Source: Fibrobacterales bacterium
Lineage (GTDB): Bacteria; Fibrobacterota; Fibrobacteria; Fibrobacterales; JAOPTW01
Length of the DNA stretch: 64,000 bases
Direction of reading: 5' to 3'
Assembly: GCA_051532035.1 (NCBI GenBank)
Contig: JAOPTW010000019.1
Coordinates: 1 to 64,000 of the forward strand
The notes under the pieces are model-generated. The model searched no databases. It saw only the letters and a program-made list of their open reading frames with translations, and had not been told where the DNA came from. Positions 61,001 to 64,000 of this stretch are shown here, in pieces. Every line of letters starts with the position of its first letter. The first letter of the stretch is position 1. Position numbers and translations under genes: made by a program.

Positions 61001-62362
61001 TTAAGCCTCAGGTTTAAGACGTGTAGGGATATTAACGTTACCCTGTGCCTGTAGGAATGAACGATATTGTCTTTCGTATGCTGCAAGTTCTTCAACTCTT
61101 TCGCCAAATGCTTTCTGGATTGGTACCAGTTTTTCCATTTGTTGTCCAGAATCTTGAACTGATGATCCAAGGTCAGCAACATTTTTAGAAACATTTCCTT
61201 GCATATCTGTAATTTTAGCTTGGTTCGCTGAAATTTGTGATGTAGTCTCAGTTTGAAAGTCAATAACTTTACCACGGATTTCACCCTGAACTTGAGCGAA
61301 TTGTTCTGTAGTCTCTTTCTGAAATGTTTGCATCTCTGATGATTGTTGTTTTTGAAGCGTGAGCATCTCTTCAAGAAATTGTCTCTTAAGCGCAAGCATC
61401 TCTTCTTGGAATTTGCGTTGAAGTGCAAGCTCTTTATCCATCTCATCGTTGCCAATTTTAAGCTCGTTAATCCACGGGATTAGCTCAATAAGACACCACT
61501 CATCAACATTATTATTTACCATTTCGAAATCTGCATACATATTTTTGAATGCTTGAATTGTAAGAAGTTCAATAAAAACTGAAAATGCTGTTGCAAGAAG
61601 CGTTGTAAGGATCGCATACGCATCTCCATCAATCGCATTTGCGATTTTCATAACAAAGCTCCCTTCTTCACCAGCGATATTCAGAGATTGAATCGCTTCT
61701 TTCATAGGAGGGAATGTCATAGCAAGACCAATCAATGTTCCAATAAACCCTAATTTCAACATAGTACGGTTAATAGCAACGTGACCATTTACATCTTTAT
61801 CTACACCTTCTGCACGACGGAGTGCAGCATTATCCATCATTGTAGAAAACTGATCCGATTCACCTTGTTGTCCAAGATCTAACCAACGTACAACAACGTC
61901 TCTTAGATGTCCATCTTCATGGCCAAGTATTTTTTCTTTGATGCCACCAAGTGATGAACGCTCTGGCATTGATCTAAGAGTTGTAAGAAGTGCCGACACC
62001 TTTTCAGCGCCACCTGCAACTTTTTTAAGACTAAAAATTGCTTTAACTTGTGCCCATGTAAATACAAGGAAAATCGCAAGGAGGAATGGGTCCGTTATCC
62101 ATGTTACACCCGGAATAGACTCAATTATTTTTTCACCATCAATCATTTTTACTTCTTCATGCCCAAAGGTTATGAAGTCTAAAAAACCACCGACACCTAA
62201 TTGAGAAGGGTGACCATTAGAGATATAATCCACGACATACATGATGATTAATCCTAGAGGAATCATTATGATAGGGATAACCTGGTTTTTTGCTGATGTT
62301 TTACGTACGCTTTCTGCTCTGTTAGCTGCTGCGTCTAGTGGTTTAATTATTTGATCGCTCAT
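61001..62362 (-). CDS. MotA/TolQ/ExbB-family channel protein with a long C-terminal coiled coil
   Basis: LGFIGTLIGL and AILTTLLA helices, two N-terminal TMs, ~180-aa Q/E-rich helical tail. Confidence 0.82.
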   Translation of the reverse strand: MSDQIIKPLDAAANRAESVRKTSAKNQVIPIIMIPLGLIIMYVVDYISNGHPSQLGVGGFLDFITFGHEEVKMIDGEKIIESIPGVTWITDPFLLAIFLVFTWAQVKAIFSLKKVAGGAEKVSALLTTLRSMPERSSLGGIKEKILGHEDGHLRDVVVRWLDLGQQGESDQFSTMMDNAALRRAEGVDKDVNGHVAINRTMLKLGFIGTLIGLAMTFPPMKEAIQSLNIAGEEGSFVMKIANAIDGDAYAILTTLLATAFSVFIELLTIQAFKNMYADFEMVNNNVDEWCLIELIPWINELKIGNDEMDKELALQRKFQEEMLALKRQFLEEMLTLQKQQSSEMQTFQKETTEQFAQVQGEIRGKVIDFQTETTSQISANQAKITDMQGNVSKNVADLGSSVQDSGQQMEKLVPIQKAFGERVEELAAYERQYRSFLQAQGNVNIPTRLKPEA

Positions 62363-62392
62363 TGTTAATTATATCCTTTTTTCTATATGAAA

Positions 62393-63697
62393 TTATTTTG
62401 CAAAATCGAAACGGAAAGTGGAACTGACACCCATTAAGAAACTTCTATTCAATTTATGAAAGTAAACTTTAAGTGGTGACCACTTTACAACACCAGCATT
62501 CATTGATTTAAGATCGAATTCATACACATCGACCCAAACACCTGGCACAAAAGTCAAGTCTCCATTTGATTTCTTTGAACTGATTACCCCCATTCCCCAT
62601 TTTCCAACAAAGAGCTCAAGCTCATCAATATAAATTCTAAAAAGTGGACCAGTATAACTTGGTGACCAAATTCCAGCAGCATGGAGTACACCAAATTTTG
62701 CTGTTGCAGTTACGGTCAATGGACTTCTATCTGTAGTCGTTCCATTTCCACCCTTAAAATAATCAACAATTTGACCATCCATTTTATCAACACGGCTTTT
62801 ATAATCTTCATTCAGGTACTCTTCGAATTCACTTTGCTTATTTTGATCAGCTTGATCCACATTATATTGAAGGTTGTCATTCAAGTCATTAATATCGTCA
62901 TAAGACATTACACCCTCTATTTCAAGTTCATCATCTTCTGATCCAATAGCAGCGCCATCATCGCCATACTCGTCTTTAAGTGTATGGTAATCTTTGTAAT
63001 TCCAATAGATTTTATCATTTTCTTGAAGCCAGTGATACTCAGGAAGATAGTTACCATCATACTCTATTTCTAGTTTTAGAAAAGGAGCCGCGACAATACC
63101 GCGTGCCACAATAGGAAGTGCTGATTTTGGACCATAACTCTCGTTTTCAGCTTTAATCTTATCGGGAAGTTTACCCTGAACGTAACCTTTATACCCCACA
63201 GCAGCACCAGCATAAAACATACCGAATTGTTTGATAAATTCGATCTCAGTTTTTGCCTTAAACATGAGTGCACCAGAGAATGCAGCTTCAAATCCAGGAG
63301 TTACTGTAATGCCGTCTCTCCAAGCACCAAGCTGTAAAATATTTTTAGCACTCGAAAAATGCTGAGCTAACGCCCCTTTTTTGCCACTTCCACCACCAGA
63401 TGATTCCACCTGTTGGAAAAGACTTGGGAATTTATCAAGATACTCATTACTTTGAGCCTCGGTTAATTCAGCAATCTGAGTACCGTTTAACATAACAATC
63501 AAGCGAAGAACTTCGCCAGGTGCTTTAGATAGTTCGACATCACCCTCTTCGAGGAGAGATTTGTCTACGGTTACAAAACCGGATAATACTTCTAGTTGCA
63601 TGCCATCTGTTACTTGAGCTGCACTAAAAGCGGTATTTCCAGCCGCACTGAAAGACAGTGTTGCCAGAATACATAACGAAATAAGTATTCTCTTAAT
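62393..63697 (-). CDS. Hypothetical exported, probable outer-membrane protein; likely ATT start
   Basis: Frame is open upstream of the track ATG (63601) to a signal peptide after GGAGG; ends STFRFDFAK. Confidence 0.7.
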   Translation of the reverse strand: MKRILISLCILATLSFSAAGNTAFSAAQVTDGMQLEVLSGFVTVDKSLLEEGDVELSKAPGEVLRLIVMLNGTQIAELTEAQSNEYLDKFPSLFQQVESSGGGSGKKGALAQHFSSAKNILQLGAWRDGITVTPGFEAAFSGALMFKAKTEIEFIKQFGMFYAGAAVGYKGYVQGKLPDKIKAENESYGPKSALPIVARGIVAAPFLKLEIEYDGNYLPEYHWLQENDKIYWNYKDYHTLKDEYGDDGAAIGSEDDELEIEGVMSYDDINDLNDNLQYNVDQADQNKQSEFEEYLNEDYKSRVDKMDGQIVDYFKGGNGTTTDRSPLTVTATAKFGVLHAAGIWSPSYTGPLFRIYIDELELFVGKWGMGVISSKKSNGDLTFVPGVWVDVYEFDLKSMNAGVVKWSPLKVYFHKLNRSFLMGVSSTFRFDFAK

Positions 63698-64000
63698 GAT
63701 AATTCCTCCCCAGGATTATTGTTTTCTTAACAGTTACCCGTTTAGTATATACTCAAAATCCTGCATTCAAAATTTTTTCTGTTTGTAAATTATATTTTTA
63801 CACTAGCAGTCGATTTAGGCTGTAAAAGTTGCCTTTTAACAGTCCATAAAGCTAGATAAATACCAGTTGATAACTAATTTATATCATTTTGGGTGATGTG
63901 TAACCAAAAAATGAGCAAACATGGATTTTAAACATAAGTTTACAGATCGTTTAATTATGACCTAACTTAATTTGTAATGACTACCACTTTGGGGTGTAAA

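Noticed and set aside
60417..62362. Calling the tailed MotA-like pair a Zorya ZorAB defence system
   Set aside because: The B subunit lacks the OmpA-like domain, no ZorC/D/E-like effector is adjacent, and the neighbours are envelope proteins rather than a defence island
1229..63291. Many short antisense or alternate-frame ORFs in the track (e.g. 52353-52904, 60871-61455, 36753-37214)
   Set aside because: They lie within well-supported genes and show no recognisable motifs
1..64000. CRISPR arrays, tRNA/rRNA genes, IS elements, prophage
   Set aside because: No repeat-spacer array, cloverleaf, rRNA-like tract, transposase or integrase was recognised; intergenic gaps are short. This was by eye only

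Overview
A 64-kb stretch of core bacterial chromosome, probably from a flagellated, anaerobic or facultatively anaerobic, polysaccharide-degrading member of the Fibrobacterota. The taxon is inferred from a fibro-slime lipoprotein and a Ser-rich GH5 lipoprotein. In order, the window holds: the end of lepB, an Ig-like lipoprotein, a DEDDh-exonuclease/DinG-like fusion with degenerate helicase motifs, lptE and dapF; feoAB with FNR-type and Fur-type boxes, followed by a second Fur-box-led unit of three uncharacterised ORFs; an FNR-box-led operon of an MFS transporter, pflB and pflA; a ~23-kb minus-strand flagellar cluster (motE-like, fliK, flgD, flgE, motAB, fliLMY, fliOPQR, flhB, an inserted propeller lipoprotein, flhAFG, fliA, HDOD, GAF) behind a sigma-54 promoter; flgM behind a sigma-28 promoter; a pseudo-GH57/STAS/lytic transglycosylase operon; folK-dnk-panC; a split class III ribonucleotide reductase with tandem NrdR boxes; a GH5 glucanase; birA-oadGAB; and a fibro-slime protein. 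The best candidate for an undescribed system is the four-gene operon at 58181-63697. It encodes an ATT-initiated exported protein, a MotA/ExbB-family subunit with a long coiled-coil tail, an Asp-bearing single-pass partner with no OmpA domain, and a He_PIG-repeat outer-membrane-like protein. No rRNA, tRNA, CRISPR array or mobile element was seen. All calls come from motif reading; no database searches were run.
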